Source: Candidatus Omnitrophota bacterium (GTDB lineage: Bacteria > Omnitrophota > Omnitrophia > Omnitrophales > JACROU01). From it: a stretch of 64,000 nt of DNA. Position 1 is the first letter of the stretch. Each line of letters begins with the position of its first letter. Below are positions 9,917 through 20,327 of this stretch, in pieces. The stretch covers positions 5,878-69,877 of the forward strand of contig JACROU010000034.1 of assembly GCA_016214265.1 (NCBI GenBank). Reading direction: 5' to 3'. The notes below the pieces were generated by a model. The model saw only the letters and a program-made list of their open reading frames with translations. It was not told the origin of the DNA and did not search any database. The translations under genes and the position numbers were made by a program.

Positions 9917-11320
9917 ATGAAGCCACAAAAACATCTAGACCGGGAAATTGAGTGCAAATGGAAAGCTCTTTCCATTCAGGATTACGAAATCTTTCTTGCC
10001 GCGGCAAAAAAAATGGGGGGCCGGATTTCCAAGCCTCAACATCTTTTGATTTGCGACCTGTATCTTGATACTCCTGATAAGTTTTTCGGACATTCCCGAA
10101 CGAAATGCCGCATCCGGCTGACAAATAAAAAATCGGAGATCACATTAAAAAACTTTTCTATTTCGAAGCAGGGGCTGGTAACGCGCCACGAAAAAAGCAT
10201 CTCTATCCCCCATTTTGATTCTGAACATGCCGCGCTCGCATATTGTCGGAAGCATATTTTTCGAAATTTGCTGGGTCATATGCGAATAAAACCTATTTTC
10301 AAACTCACGAATCATCGATTGATTCGTAAGCTCACTTTACCGGACGGAACTTCCGCAGAATCCTGTTTTGACGACGTTGTTATTTCCCGCAGCACGAAAA
10401 AAGTTCATATGTTTGAAATCGAGCTGGAATATACGAAAGGCAATCTTGAAACTTTCAAGAATTTTGCCGCTAAATTAACACGCGTTTCAAAATTAAAACC
10501 TCAAACAAGATCGAAATTCGCCACCGCGATGTCACAGCTTTTCGGAGAAACCCACATCCCGTCGGACCCGAGGCAAATTGTGTATCCCTATCGCTACACA
10601 AAATATGATTCGCTTGGGTTTGTCGCAAAACAGATCGTTCGAGCCAACTTAAACAGAATGAAAACTAACGAAGCGGGTGTTCGACTTAATATTGAGGAAG
10701 AATCGCTTCACGACATGCGTGTTGCCGCAAGACGCATACGCGCTGCTCTTCGTCTGTTCAAAAAAGCTTTGCCATCGCAGGCAAGTAAAATAGCGTACAA
10801 GCTGCGCCGCTTCGGATACCTGCTTGGAAGAAAACGGGATCTGGATATTTTATCTGCTCATGCAAACCTTTCCTCCGAAATTGGGCGGGCTCATCAAGCC
10901 ATTCTTCGCGAATTGAATTCTCCACGTTATGCCAAGCTCATTCGTTCGATTGAGACCCTCGATAGCCGCTCTAAAAAGCTCGAGGCAAAAAAAATGATTC
11001 AAAAACGACTCGACAAAGTGCTAAGCGAAGCCCTGTCGATCACCCCAAAATCTTCCGACAAAGAACTTCATCGGCTACGCATTACGATCAAAAAACTCCG
11101 ATACGCCTGTGAATTTTTGGAATCGGTTTCACTACCAAAGACCAGAAAGCTCATAGATAGCTGCCGTCAGATACAAGATATTCTGGGTGCGCATCAAGAC
11201 GCAATTTTGGGATTAAAAACATTTCCTCGCAACAAATTATTCCGGAAGAAAAAGAAAGAGGCCCGATTGCAATTCGAAAAGGAATGGAAAGGTTTTTTAC
11301 TTCGGCTTTTGCGGTTTTAA
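9917..11320 (+). CDS. CYTH (triphosphate tunnel metalloenzyme) + CHAD domain protein
   Basis: 467 aa; N-terminal ExExK-containing CYTH-like region (EIECKWK...), C-terminal helical CHAD region with conserved His/Arg clusters (VAARRIRAALRLF; LHRLRITIKKLRYACEFL). One of only two plus-strand genes; divergent from ppk. Confidence 0.65.
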   Translation: MKPQKHLDREIECKWKALSIQDYEIFLAAAKKMGGRISKPQHLLICDLYLDTPDKFFGHSRTKCRIRLTNKKSEITLKNFSISKQGLVTRHEKSISIPHFDSEHAALAYCRKHIFRNLLGHMRIKPIFKLTNHRLIRKLTLPDGTSAESCFDDVVISRSTKKVHMFEIELEYTKGNLETFKNFAAKLTRVSKLKPQTRSKFATAMSQLFGETHIPSDPRQIVYPYRYTKYDSLGFVAKQIVRANLNRMKTNEAGVRLNIEEESLHDMRVAARRIRAALRLFKKALPSQASKIAYKLRRFGYLLGRKRDLDILSAHANLSSEIGRAHQAILRELNSPRYAKLIRSIETLDSRSKKLEAKKMIQKRLDKVLSEALSITPKSSDKELHRLRITIKKLRYACEFLESVSLPKTRKLIDSCRQIQDILGAHQDAILGLKTFPRNKLFRKKKKEARLQFEKEWKGFLLRLLRF

Positions 11321-13348
11321 TTCTTTCGGGAGCGTCCTGCCGAGCTGTTCGTTCCTATCATAAGCTTTCTGACATAAATATTCCTGCACGCGAAACCTCC
11401 GGTGTTCCACGGACTCCAGTTTTTGATAAGTTCCATCCGGCCGCAGCCGCCACGATTTCTGATTATCTTTAAAATATAACTTCACTAGTTCAGAAAGATA
11501 ACTTTTAATTTCCTTATGTTCCACCGGGAACATAATTTCGATACGACGATCCAGATTTCTCGGCATCCAGTCCGCGCTGGAAAGATACAGCTCATCATCG
11601 CCGCCGTTTGAGAAATAAAATATCCGGGCATGCTCCAGAAACATATCTACCACACTCACCACTTCGATATTTTCACTCAATCCCTTCACTCCAGGCCGGA
11701 GGCAGCATGTGCCACGAATATTCAATTTGATCTGGCAGCCGGCCTGCGAAGCTTTGTAAAGCGCTTCGATAATTTCTTCATCCACAAGAGAATTCATTTT
11801 CGCGATAATCATACTTGGTTTTTCTTTGCTCCGGATTTCTTCGCGTCGAATCAGGCGCAGCAGCCGGCGCTTCAGTCCGTAAGGCGCAATCTCGATTTTT
11901 GCGAGCGCTGTCGGCTCAGAATAGCCGGTAATCACATTAAAAAATGCCGACACATCACTCGCCAGATCTTCATTGGCTGAAAAAAGTCCCACATCCGAAT
12001 AAAGCTGGGCCGTTTTCTCATTATAATTTCCGGTCGACAGATGAACGTATCGCTTGATGCCTTCACTCTCGCGCCTCACCACCAGACAAGCCTTGGAGTG
12101 CGTTTTCAGGCCGGTCACTCCGTACAGCACGCTGGCGCCCGAAATTTCAAGCCGCCGCGCCCATTTGATATTTTTTTCTTCGTCGAAACGGGCCTTCAAT
12201 TCTACGAGTGCTGTCACTCGCTTTCCGTTTTCGGCCGCGCGGGCCAGCGCGTCCACAATCGTCGATTCAGCTCCCGTTCGATAGAGGGTCATCTTAATCG
12301 CCAGCACATCCGGATCATCCGCCGCCTCATTCACGAAACGAATCACTGGATCAAAAGAATCGTACGGGAGCACCAAGCAAACGTCTTTTTTTTTGAGAAG
12401 TTCCCAAACGTTATCAGCATTCTCAAAATCGGAAACCGGCCGGGGATTCCATGAGGGGCGCTTTAATTCAGGGAAGTTTGGCTGATATGCCAACGAAGAA
12501 AGGGTTTTCAGATCAAACCATGTATCGACATGGCAAATGTCATGCTCTGAAATTTTTAACTCTCTCTTCAAAAATTGAACGGCGTTTTCCGATGCCAAGA
12601 CTTCAAGCCGAACCACCGCACTTTGTCTGCGCATCCTGAGCGCTTCGGTCATAACTTTGGCAAAATCCTCGTCCTTTTCCTCATCAATCGTCATTTCGGC
12701 ACCGCGTGTCAGGCGCATTAGGCCCTGGCTTTTAATCTCGCAGCCGATGAACAGTTCCTGCGCAAAGGCCATCACCACATCCTCCAACAGAACGAACTGA
12801 TATCCGCTGTCGGCGGGAAGAGCGATAATCCGCGAAAAATTTTTTGGCATTTCGATCACGGCGAATTCTTCACCCGACTTTTGGCCGGGTTTTAAAACAC
12901 CGATCAAAACGTAAAGGCTAAGACTGGCCAAAGCAGGAACCGGCTTGTCTTCAGAAAGAGCAATTGGCGTCAGCACTGGGAATAATTCTTTTCTGAAAAA
13001 GTTTTTGAGATATTCCCTCTGCCGGTCACTAAGCGCTTCGCGCGGAACGCGGACAATCCCCGACTTCTCTAACTCCGGGATCATCACATTTTTGAAATAC
13101 TGATTTTCTTTCTCAATAATTTCGTAGGCCTGTTCAACGATTTTCCGGGTCATCGGATTGCCGCCATTTTCTAAACTGGCGACACGCACCATAAAAAACT
13201 CGTCAAAATTGGAGCTCGCGATCCCCATAAATTTAAGCTGTTCCAGAAGTGGGTTTGACGGATCCATCGCTTCGGCCAAAACCCGGGCATTAAATTCCAG
13301 CCACGACAATTCTCGATTGAAAAATTTTTCGCTCATAGTCACACCCAC
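11297..13348 (-). CDS. ppk: polyphosphate kinase 1
   Basis: 683 aa; FNRELSWLEFNARVL N-terminus, two PLD-like HKD regions, typical PPK1 length. Confidence 0.9.
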   Translation of the reverse strand: MGVTMSEKFFNRELSWLEFNARVLAEAMDPSNPLLEQLKFMGIASSNFDEFFMVRVASLENGGNPMTRKIVEQAYEIIEKENQYFKNVMIPELEKSGIVRVPREALSDRQREYLKNFFRKELFPVLTPIALSEDKPVPALASLSLYVLIGVLKPGQKSGEEFAVIEMPKNFSRIIALPADSGYQFVLLEDVVMAFAQELFIGCEIKSQGLMRLTRGAEMTIDEEKDEDFAKVMTEALRMRRQSAVVRLEVLASENAVQFLKRELKISEHDICHVDTWFDLKTLSSLAYQPNFPELKRPSWNPRPVSDFENADNVWELLKKKDVCLVLPYDSFDPVIRFVNEAADDPDVLAIKMTLYRTGAESTIVDALARAAENGKRVTALVELKARFDEEKNIKWARRLEISGASVLYGVTGLKTHSKACLVVRRESEGIKRYVHLSTGNYNEKTAQLYSDVGLFSANEDLASDVSAFFNVITGYSEPTALAKIEIAPYGLKRRLLRLIRREEIRSKEKPSMIIAKMNSLVDEEIIEALYKASQAGCQIKLNIRGTCCLRPGVKGLSENIEVVSVVDMFLEHARIFYFSNGGDDELYLSSADWMPRNLDRRIEIMFPVEHKEIKSYLSELVKLYFKDNQKSWRLRPDGTYQKLESVEHRRFRVQEYLCQKAYDRNEQLGRTLPKELKPQKPK

Positions 13349-14907
13349 TATTTGGGGGGAGCCCCTTGTTTTAATGTAATTGTCGAACCAAAATTTTCGG
13401 CAAACATATCCCCTTTTTTCGATAGCCCGTCCCGTTCGATAGAAATATCGCCCGCCTCTTCCGGCACCCAGAGAATAAAATTGTCCCCCGACCGCTCCAG
13501 CTGAAAGTTCCGGATTTTTTGCGTATGACTTTTATCGATAGCATCGGCAACCCGAAGAATCGCGGCAAGCTTCGAAACGATTGCTCGGTCCGATTTGGTG
13601 AGCGACATGTACGCCACATGCGTTGTTTGCGGAGTGGTGCGGCGATGATAGCGAACCACATTCGAAATGATATTTTTATCGGACTTACGCAGTCCGAAAA
13701 TATCAGCCGCATCAATCAAATAACTGGAATGTTTGTGATGCCCTTGAGGCGAAATATACATCCCGATATCGTGCAGAATCGCGGCAGCCTCAAGTAGCAG
13801 ACGGTCTTTCGCCCCAAGCCCGTGTTCCTCTTTCAAATTATCGAACAGCTTAATCGCGTTCGCTGCGACGCACAGGGCGTGCGGGCCGTCGTACATATAT
13901 TTCCGTCCCAATCGCCGGCAGGAGCTTATCACCTGTTTCGATACGTCAGTGCGCTTGAATCCGGATAAAATTTGCGCCTGTTCCAGCAGCAGTCCTTCGC
14001 GAATGCTGACCATCGGCACCACAATATTTTCGGTTCTTGTTTCAGCCAAAAAGTTGGCGTAAATCAGAAGTGATGGATAAAGCGTCTCGGCTTCCGAATA
14101 CGCAATTCCGTATTTATCCGAAATTTCATCGGCAGGCATTTTGGCGAGGGAATCAATAAATTTCAGAAACGTGGTCTTTTCAAGGATGACATAATCGCCT
14201 TCGATTTTTTCAGTGAGCTGGCGCGAAACAAAACGCATGTCGCCGCCGACCGCAATAAAAGTATTGATATCACCCAGATTATACTCCCGTCCGGCGTATT
14301 GCGCGATGTCACGAATACTGCGTTTCAACACACGCTGCATCTGCGCGGATTCCGTTTTGCCGGCAATAGCCTGTTCGGGCAGTCGAATCGATCCAATCGA
14401 AAGGGTTCGGGTCAGTTCCACCTCGCCCTTGCTGAAAATAATCATTTCTGTACTGCCGGAACCAACTTCGATAATCAGGCAGCTCTTGTTTTGAAAATCA
14501 AATTTTTCGCCCAGCGCGTGCTCCACCGCTATCAATTCCAAACGGTTTTCTTCCGGTCCCTCGATGACCTCAACGTCGATCCCGGTCCGTACAAAAACTT
14601 GATCGATAAAATTCTCCCGGTTCGCCGCCTCGCGCACGGCACTAGTCGCGATCGCGTGAACATTTTTAACCCCATAACTATCGAGGACCGATTTAAAATT
14701 TTTGAGCACCACGATCCCCTCACGAATCACGGCATTAGAAATACGTCCCGTCGTAAAAACATCTTTGCCAAACGCCACGGGTTTTTGTAAATTTTCAAGA
14801 TGCCGCATTTCAAATTTGGGTCCGATTTCAGCAATCACCATGCGAATTGCGCTAGAGCCGATGTCGATGACGGCTACGGTTTGTTTTTGAATCGTTGGTT
14901 CAGGCAT
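13348..14907 (-). CDS. ppx: exopolyphosphatase / guanosine pentaphosphate phosphohydrolase (Ppx/GppA) with C-terminal HD domain
   Basis: AVIDIGSSAIRMVIAE (actin-like ATPase fold N-term), HD domain motifs (HDIGMYISP); start at internal Met. Confidence 0.85.
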   Translation of the reverse strand: MPEPTIQKQTVAVIDIGSSAIRMVIAEIGPKFEMRHLENLQKPVAFGKDVFTTGRISNAVIREGIVVLKNFKSVLDSYGVKNVHAIATSAVREAANRENFIDQVFVRTGIDVEVIEGPEENRLELIAVEHALGEKFDFQNKSCLIIEVGSGSTEMIIFSKGEVELTRTLSIGSIRLPEQAIAGKTESAQMQRVLKRSIRDIAQYAGREYNLGDINTFIAVGGDMRFVSRQLTEKIEGDYVILEKTTFLKFIDSLAKMPADEISDKYGIAYSEAETLYPSLLIYANFLAETRTENIVVPMVSIREGLLLEQAQILSGFKRTDVSKQVISSCRRLGRKYMYDGPHALCVAANAIKLFDNLKEEHGLGAKDRLLLEAAAILHDIGMYISPQGHHKHSSYLIDAADIFGLRKSDKNIISNVVRYHRRTTPQTTHVAYMSLTKSDRAIVSKLAAILRVADAIDKSHTQKIRNFQLERSGDNFILWVPEEAGDISIERDGLSKKGDMFAENFGSTITLKQGAPPK

Positions 14908-15886
14908 CGCATTCCTCCTGTGCCAATTTAGCCGCACCCATCACAATCGAATAATCCTTCAGCTTCGCCGCGACCACTTTCACATTTTTTACAAGCCCCG
15001 ACATCGCGTAGTGCCGCATCGACTCATCAGCCTCAGGAATGATAATTTTCCCCATCGCTTCTACCACACCGCCGCCCAGCACAATTATTTCGGGATTCAG
15101 AACATTTACAATATTTGCCATCGCCATGCCCAGCAATTTCGCTTTATTCTTCACCAAAGTTTTTATCGCCGCATCTCCGGCTTTAATCGCAGCGGCCAAC
15201 GCACCGCTTTTTATTTTCGAAATGTCGGTTCCGGACATTTTCAGCAGTTTGGGCGCGCGATTTTTCAGCGCGAGCATAGCCGCTTCCGCCGCAATAGCGG
15301 GCCGGCCAATTTCCGTTTCAAGACAGCCGCGATTGCCGCATCCGCACACCGGCCCGAGAGGATCCACCAGGGTATGCCCAATTTCACCGGCGGCTCCCAT
15401 AGAACCCTGATAAAGTTTTCCATTCAAAATAAGTGCGCCGCCAATCCCTGTCCCGAGAAAAATGCCGATGACATGCGAATACCCGCGCGCCGCACCAAAA
15501 TGGAATTCACCGTACAATCCAACATTCACATCATTTTCGAGAGTCACCGGAACATCAAAATATTTACTGAGTTTTTTTCCGAGAGAAAGATTATTAAGGA
15601 ATGAAATGTTGGGAGATGAAACAACAACGCCTTCTTTGACGTCGATAATTCCGGGACATCCGACGCCGATTGCCGCAACGCTCTCGAGCCCGACTTTAGC
15701 CCCATTCAGCACTTGAAGAACGCTATCAACAATAGCACCGAAGAAATACTTTTCGCCCTTGTCGACCTGCACCTTGGTTTTGAGCGTTGAAATCAACCGG
15801 AACTTCTTATCCAATAGTCCGGTCAACATTTTGGTTCCACCCAAGTCAATGCCTATGAAGTACTTACGCTTCTTCTTTTTGGCCAT
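14900..15886 (-). CDS. ROK-family sugar kinase (glucokinase-like)
   Basis: 328 aa; IGIDLGGTK N-terminus, ROK zinc motif (CGCGNRGCLE). Confidence 0.75.
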   Translation of the reverse strand: MAKKKKRKYFIGIDLGGTKMLTGLLDKKFRLISTLKTKVQVDKGEKYFFGAIVDSVLQVLNGAKVGLESVAAIGVGCPGIIDVKEGVVVSSPNISFLNNLSLGKKLSKYFDVPVTLENDVNVGLYGEFHFGAARGYSHVIGIFLGTGIGGALILNGKLYQGSMGAAGEIGHTLVDPLGPVCGCGNRGCLETEIGRPAIAAEAAMLALKNRAPKLLKMSGTDISKIKSGALAAAIKAGDAAIKTLVKNKAKLLGMAMANIVNVLNPEIIVLGGGVVEAMGKIIIPEADESMRHYAMSGLVKNVKVVAAKLKDYSIVMGAAKLAQEECDA

Positions 15887-15946
15887 GAAACACCCCTGGG
15901 TTATTGACAGGGCAGTCCTTGCCCCTATGTAGGAAGGATACTTGAT

Positions 15947-16612
15947 TTACTGTTGGGTTTCAATATGATGGCGGACTTCCTTGCCCTGCTTCATATAGAT
16001 GACGTCTTCGGCAATGTTGTTGGCCAGATCAGCGATGCGCTCCAGATTGTGACCGATAATAATCAGACTCATCCCGGTTTTTACGATGGAAGGATCTTTC
16101 TGCATCAATTCCACAATTTGCTGATAAATTTCGTCGTTATAATCGTCCACTTCATCGTCCCGTTTCAACACACTTCGAGCAAGCTCCACATCCCCGTTCA
16201 CGAAAGCGTCGAGAGCGTCCTTGAGCATTTTCAGCGCCGCCTGCGCCATTTCGGGAAGATGAATATGGGTTTTCAACACAGGCTCTTTCATCACGATCAA
16301 AGAACGTTCCGCAATATTGACAGCATGGTCGCCCATCCGCTCGAGGTCCGTATTAATTTTCAAGATCGACGTCACCACACGCAAATCAACCGCCATCGGC
16401 TGTCCCAACGCAATCAGACTATGCCCCATCTCATCGATTTCAATTTCAAGCTGATTGATAACTTTATCACCGGCCACCACCTGATTAGCCAGAATACTAT
16501 CGCGTTTGAGAAGGGCCTGAATCGCCTTCTCAACCGTTTCTTCCACGAGCAAACCCATGCGAAGAAGTCTCTGTTTCAATTCTTTCAAGTCTTCATGAAA
16601 ATGTCGTTCCAT
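15947..16612 (-). CDS. phoU: phosphate transport system regulator PhoU
   Basis: Two PhoU repeats (E/DxxxD motifs: ...DDEVDDYNDEIY...); start set at internal Met to avoid 80-nt overlap with pstB. Confidence 0.8.
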   Translation of the reverse strand: MERHFHEDLKELKQRLLRMGLLVEETVEKAIQALLKRDSILANQVVAGDKVINQLEIEIDEMGHSLIALGQPMAVDLRVVTSILKINTDLERMGDHAVNIAERSLIVMKEPVLKTHIHLPEMAQAALKMLKDALDAFVNGDVELARSVLKRDDEVDDYNDEIYQQIVELMQKDPSIVKTGMSLIIIGHNLERIADLANNIAEDVIYMKQGKEVRHHIETQQ

Positions 16613-16622
16613 CAGTTTCTCC

Positions 16623-17447
16623 TCATCCAAATCGACCGGTGATATAATCTTCTGTTTCTTTTTTATCGGGTGTTGTAAAAATCTTTTTCGTCTCGCCGTG
16701 TTCAACCAAAAGTCCCAAATAAAAATATCCGGTAAAATCGCTGACCCGCGCCGCCTGCTGCATATTATGCGTCACAATCACGATTGTGTAATTTTTCTTG
16801 AGCTCGTGAATCAGTTCTTCAATCTTTGCCGTGGAAATCGGATCCAATGCCGAAGCGGGTTCGTCCATCAGCACAATTTCAGGATTCACCGCCAGAGCCC
16901 GTGCAATGCAAATCCGCTGCTGCTGGCCGCCGGAAAGTTCCAGCGCAGGCTTTTCCAGGCGGTCCTTAACTTCGTCCCAGATCGCGGACTTCTTCAGACT
17001 TTCCTCCACGATCCCCTCGAGCATTGATTTATTTTTGATTCCCTGAAGCCGGGGACCGTAAGCCACATTATCAAAAATAGTTTTCGGAAACGGATTCGAC
17101 TTTTGAAACACCATACCCACGATGCGTCGCAGCGCCACGACATTGATCTCGGAACCGTAAATATTTACCCCGTCAATAATCACCGATCCCTCAATCCGCG
17201 CTCCGGGAAGCGTATCATTCATTCGATTGAGTGTTCTTAAAAAAGTGGATTTTCCACATCCTGACGGCCCGATCAGAGCGGTCACCGCTTTTTTTTGAAT
17301 GTCGAGTGTGACACTTTTCAAAGCATGCACGCTGGAGTAATAGACATTCAAATCCTTAACCTTAATACTGATCGACGAATTATGTTTGTCCATTGGCACC
17401 GCCTTCTGAGCGTGAAAAATCTTTTCTTCCACCGGTACATTCATCAT
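16623..17447 (-). CDS. pstB: phosphate ABC transporter ATP-binding protein PstB
   Basis: Walker [10 protein letters not shown], signature LSGGQQQR, Walker B LMDEP; PstB-typical length. Confidence 0.9.
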   Translation of the reverse strand: MMNVPVEEKIFHAQKAVPMDKHNSSISIKVKDLNVYYSSVHALKSVTLDIQKKAVTALIGPSGCGKSTFLRTLNRMNDTLPGARIEGSVIIDGVNIYGSEINVVALRRIVGMVFQKSNPFPKTIFDNVAYGPRLQGIKNKSMLEGIVEESLKKSAIWDEVKDRLEKPALELSGGQQQRICIARALAVNPEIVLMDEPASALDPISTAKIEELIHELKKNYTIVIVTHNMQQAARVSDFTGYFYLGLLVEHGETKKIFTTPDKKETEDYITGRFG

Positions 17448-18406
17448 ATAGTTACCAATCCTTGTTTCTTGCGGAAGTACATTCGAAATAAAACAGCCAC
17501 TAAGTTCAACAAAAACGTCAGTGAAATCAAGACCAGCGTAGTTCCATACTGAATCGGAAGTGTCTTTTCTGCGTCAACCGACTGCGTGGCCATGATGTAG
17601 ATGTGATATGAAAGATCCATAAATTGATCGAAGGGATTGACCATCGGGATAAAACCAAACAGATTCACAACCGGCAAATGCGGCAAAAAATAGGCGACAC
17701 CCGTAAACAGAATCGGCGCTGTCTCGCCTGCCCCGCGGCTCACCGCCAAAATCGCACCCGTTAAAATGCCGCCGCGCGCCTGAGGGATCACCACCCGCCA
17801 AATCGTCTGCCACTTCGTCGCCCCAAGCGCTAGTGAAGCCGCGCGATGACTTTGGGGAACGCTAATCAACGCTTCTTCCGTTGAAACAATAATCACGGGC
17901 AGCACCAGTATCGCCAGCGTCGCCGCCGCCCAAAGCATGCAAGGCTGGCCGAACAGAAGACCGGTTTTGAGCACTTGATCCAGATTCCGGCCAACAAAAA
18001 GAACAAAAAATCCGAGACCGAAAAGCCCAAAAACAATTGATGGAACTCCGGCCAGATTGTTAACCGCGGCTCGGATTAGGCGAAAAACAATTCCATCTCC
18101 GGCATACTCCACCAAATAAATCGCAGCGGCCACACCAAGCGGCAGCGCCATTACCACCATCAACACTGTTTTAGCAATAGCCCCAAAAATGCATGGGAAA
18201 ATTCCGCCTTGAGTCATGCCATCGGTGGGCGCCAGTAATAGAAATGACCCTGTAACGACCCCCGCACCATTTTTTACGATAATCCACAGAATCAAAAAGA
18301 TCGCTATCAGCGGAACGACAGCAAAAATACGCACCAGTCCGTTCATGAAGTTTTCGGAAAGGTTGTCGTGTTTTACGGTGAGATTGGAAACGATGGATTC
18401 TCTCAT
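17444..18406 (-). CDS. pstA: phosphate ABC transporter permease PstA
   Basis: 320 aa polytopic membrane protein with ABC permease EAA-like loop; operon position. Confidence 0.8.
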   Translation of the reverse strand: MRESIVSNLTVKHDNLSENFMNGLVRIFAVVPLIAIFLILWIIVKNGAGVVTGSFLLLAPTDGMTQGGIFPCIFGAIAKTVLMVVMALPLGVAAAIYLVEYAGDGIVFRLIRAAVNNLAGVPSIVFGLFGLGFFVLFVGRNLDQVLKTGLLFGQPCMLWAAATLAILVLPVIIVSTEEALISVPQSHRAASLALGATKWQTIWRVVIPQARGGILTGAILAVSRGAGETAPILFTGVAYFLPHLPVVNLFGFIPMVNPFDQFMDLSYHIYIMATQSVDAEKTLPIQYGTTLVLISLTFLLNLVAVLFRMYFRKKQGLVTI

Positions 18407-18408
18407 AA

Positions 18409-19359
18409 TTACATTCTCAATTTCCGCCGCATTTTGTTGATCACAACTTCAGAACAAATATTCAGAACAAACGTCATCGTAAACAGAATCGCTCCCACGA
18501 GAAAAAGAACGTAGTAATGTTCACTGCCCTGGACCACCTCACCCATTTCGGCGGCGATATTCGCTGTCATAGTTCGAACGCTTGAGAACATATCCAACGT
18601 TACCAGCGCGGCGTTTCCCGTCGCCATCAGCACAATCATGGTCTCGCCCAGCGCACGGCCGAATCCCAAAAGCACGGCCGCTGAAATTCCAGAAACGGCG
18701 GCGGGCACCACCGTTTTCCAAATCGTCTGCCACTTCGTCGCACCCAAAGCGTAGGAAGCGTCGCGAAGTTCTTTGGGAATTGCCCGAAGCGCCTCTTCCA
18801 CCAGTGTGACGATAATTGGAAATGTCACAAGCGAAACGCCGAGCGCCCCTACAAAAGCATTCAACCGGAATTTAGTGTGAAACAAATCCTGAACAAATGT
18901 GGCGACAACTGCCAGCATCAAAAATCCGATCACGACGGAAGGAATGCCGGCCAGCAATTCTAGTGTGGGCTTCAACGTTTCCCTCACCCGCGCAGACGCA
19001 ATTTCGGACAGATAAATGCCGCAGCCTATACCGAAAACCGAGGAAATCACTGTCGCCGGAAATGCCACCAGAAAACTTCCGCAAACAAGCGGAACAATGG
19101 AATATTTTGGAACTTCAGAAACCGACTGCCACATGACTTTGAAAATATTTTTCTCGTCGTATGGGTCGTACACCCACTTGCCGATCAAATCCAGAGGGGA
19201 TACAGACTTAAATGTCAGCATCCCCTCTTTGAAGAGAAATAAGAAGATCAGCGAAATAAAAACAATCGAGGCAATCCCGGAAATAAAGAGGGCTTTTTCA
19301 ATCAGCCACTCGGCAGGATGATGATTTTTCCGGGTTAATTCTTGAGTGATATCCGTCAT
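18409..19359 (-). CDS. pstC: phosphate ABC transporter permease PstC
   Basis: 316 aa polytopic membrane permease, operon position between pstS and pstA. Confidence 0.8.
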   Translation of the reverse strand: MTDITQELTRKNHHPAEWLIEKALFISGIASIVFISLIFLFLFKEGMLTFKSVSPLDLIGKWVYDPYDEKNIFKVMWQSVSEVPKYSIVPLVCGSFLVAFPATVISSVFGIGCGIYLSEIASARVRETLKPTLELLAGIPSVVIGFLMLAVVATFVQDLFHTKFRLNAFVGALGVSLVTFPIIVTLVEEALRAIPKELRDASYALGATKWQTIWKTVVPAAVSGISAAVLLGFGRALGETMIVLMATGNAALVTLDMFSSVRTMTANIAAEMGEVVQGSEHYYVLFLVGAILFTMTFVLNICSEVVINKMRRKLRM

Positions 19360-19379
19360 GAACCTCTTATTAGTCCCCT

Positions 19380-20258
19380 CTATTTTACTTTCAATGGAAT
19401 ATAGCCGACTTCTTCCACAATTTTTTGTCCCTCAGGACTAAGAATCCAACTAAGATATTCTTTGATTTTCCCTTTCGGCTTGAAACCCGTGTACATATAA
19501 AGATAACGGGCTATGGGATAGTGCCCTGACCAAGCCGCTTCATAATCGGCTTTTCCCTCAACATTTAAAGGACTGACGGCTTGAGATTTGTCATCTTTTT
19601 TGATGGGAAGAATTTTCAGATTCGGCTGATTCAAAAAATAAGCGACACCGCCGTAGGCAATTCCGTTAGCATCTTTGCTGATCGCGTTAACCGATGCGCT
19701 GGTTCCCGGAACGGTCTGGCAATCCGCGGCGAAATCCTGATTTTTCAGGACCAGTTCTTTAAAAAACGCGTACGTTCCGCTGTTTGATTCACGAGAATAA
19801 CGGATAATTTCCGCGTTATTGCCGCCGACGTCTTTCCAGTTATTGATTCGCCCCGTGTAAATTCCCATCAATTGCTTCATCGTCAGTGATTGAACAGGAT
19901 TATCTTTATTCACGACAACCGCGATACTGTCCATTCCCACCTTAAACTCAGCTGGATAATATCCGGCCGACTTGGCCTGCTGAATTTCCTTTTCTTTGAT
20001 CGGACGGCTGGCATTGGCGATATCTGTCGTTCCGTTGATGAGTGCCGCAATACCAGTTCCTGAACCTCCGCCAGTTACCTGAATCGAAACATCAGGATTA
20101 TTCTTCATGTACAGCTCAGCCCAACGCTGACCCAAAATTACGATCGTGTCGGATCCTTTGACCGTGATGTTGTTGGCGGCAAACGCCACCGGGCTTGCGC
20201 ACATGATCCCAATCAAGGCAAGCGATAAAATTTTATTCCTGAGATTTTTCATTTTCAT
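19380..20258 (-). CDS. pstS: phosphate-binding periplasmic protein PstS
   Basis: 292 aa, signal peptide, ...VKGSDTIV...GGGSGTG... PstS-family motifs; strong RBS AGGAGAT. Confidence 0.85.
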   Translation of the reverse strand: MKMKNLRNKILSLALIGIMCASPVAFAANNITVKGSDTIVILGQRWAELYMKNNPDVSIQVTGGGSGTGIAALINGTTDIANASRPIKEKEIQQAKSAGYYPAEFKVGMDSIAVVVNKDNPVQSLTMKQLMGIYTGRINNWKDVGGNNAEIIRYSRESNSGTYAFFKELVLKNQDFAADCQTVPGTSASVNAISKDANGIAYGGVAYFLNQPNLKILPIKKDDKSQAVSPLNVEGKADYEAAWSGHYPIARYLYMYTGFKPKGKIKEYLSWILSPEGQKIVEEVGYIPLKVK

Positions 20259-20300
20259 ATCTCCTGTATTCTATTTTTGCTACGTAAACTCCAGTTTTAA

Positions 20301-20318
20301 TTAATGTAAAGTTTGTGT
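20301..20318 (-). promoter_or_regulatory. Pho-box-like element: exact 18-nt sequence TTAATGTAAAGTTTGTGT (plus strand) shared with the crcB upstream region; part of four TTtACa-like hexamers phased at 11 bp upstream of pstS
   Basis: Gene-orientation reading: aTTACAc-aaac-TTTACA-ttaat-TAAAAC-tggag-TTTACG, cores spaced exactly 11 bp; identical 18-mer recurs at 25221-25238. Confidence 0.45.
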
Positions 20319-20327
20319 AATGTTTGC

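Noticed and set aside
15011-16642. Several 120-230-aa plus-strand ORFs (15011-15604, 15039-15410, 15953-16642)
   Set aside because: They are antisense to well-supported ROK kinase and PhoU genes, with no motifs and skewed composition.
20259-20327. Sigma-70 style -35/-10 promoter assignment for the shared 18-mer
   Set aside because: TTTACA-like hexamers are present, but no spacing of 16-18 nt to a credible -10 hexamer could be found. The 11-bp phasing fits a response-regulator binding array better.
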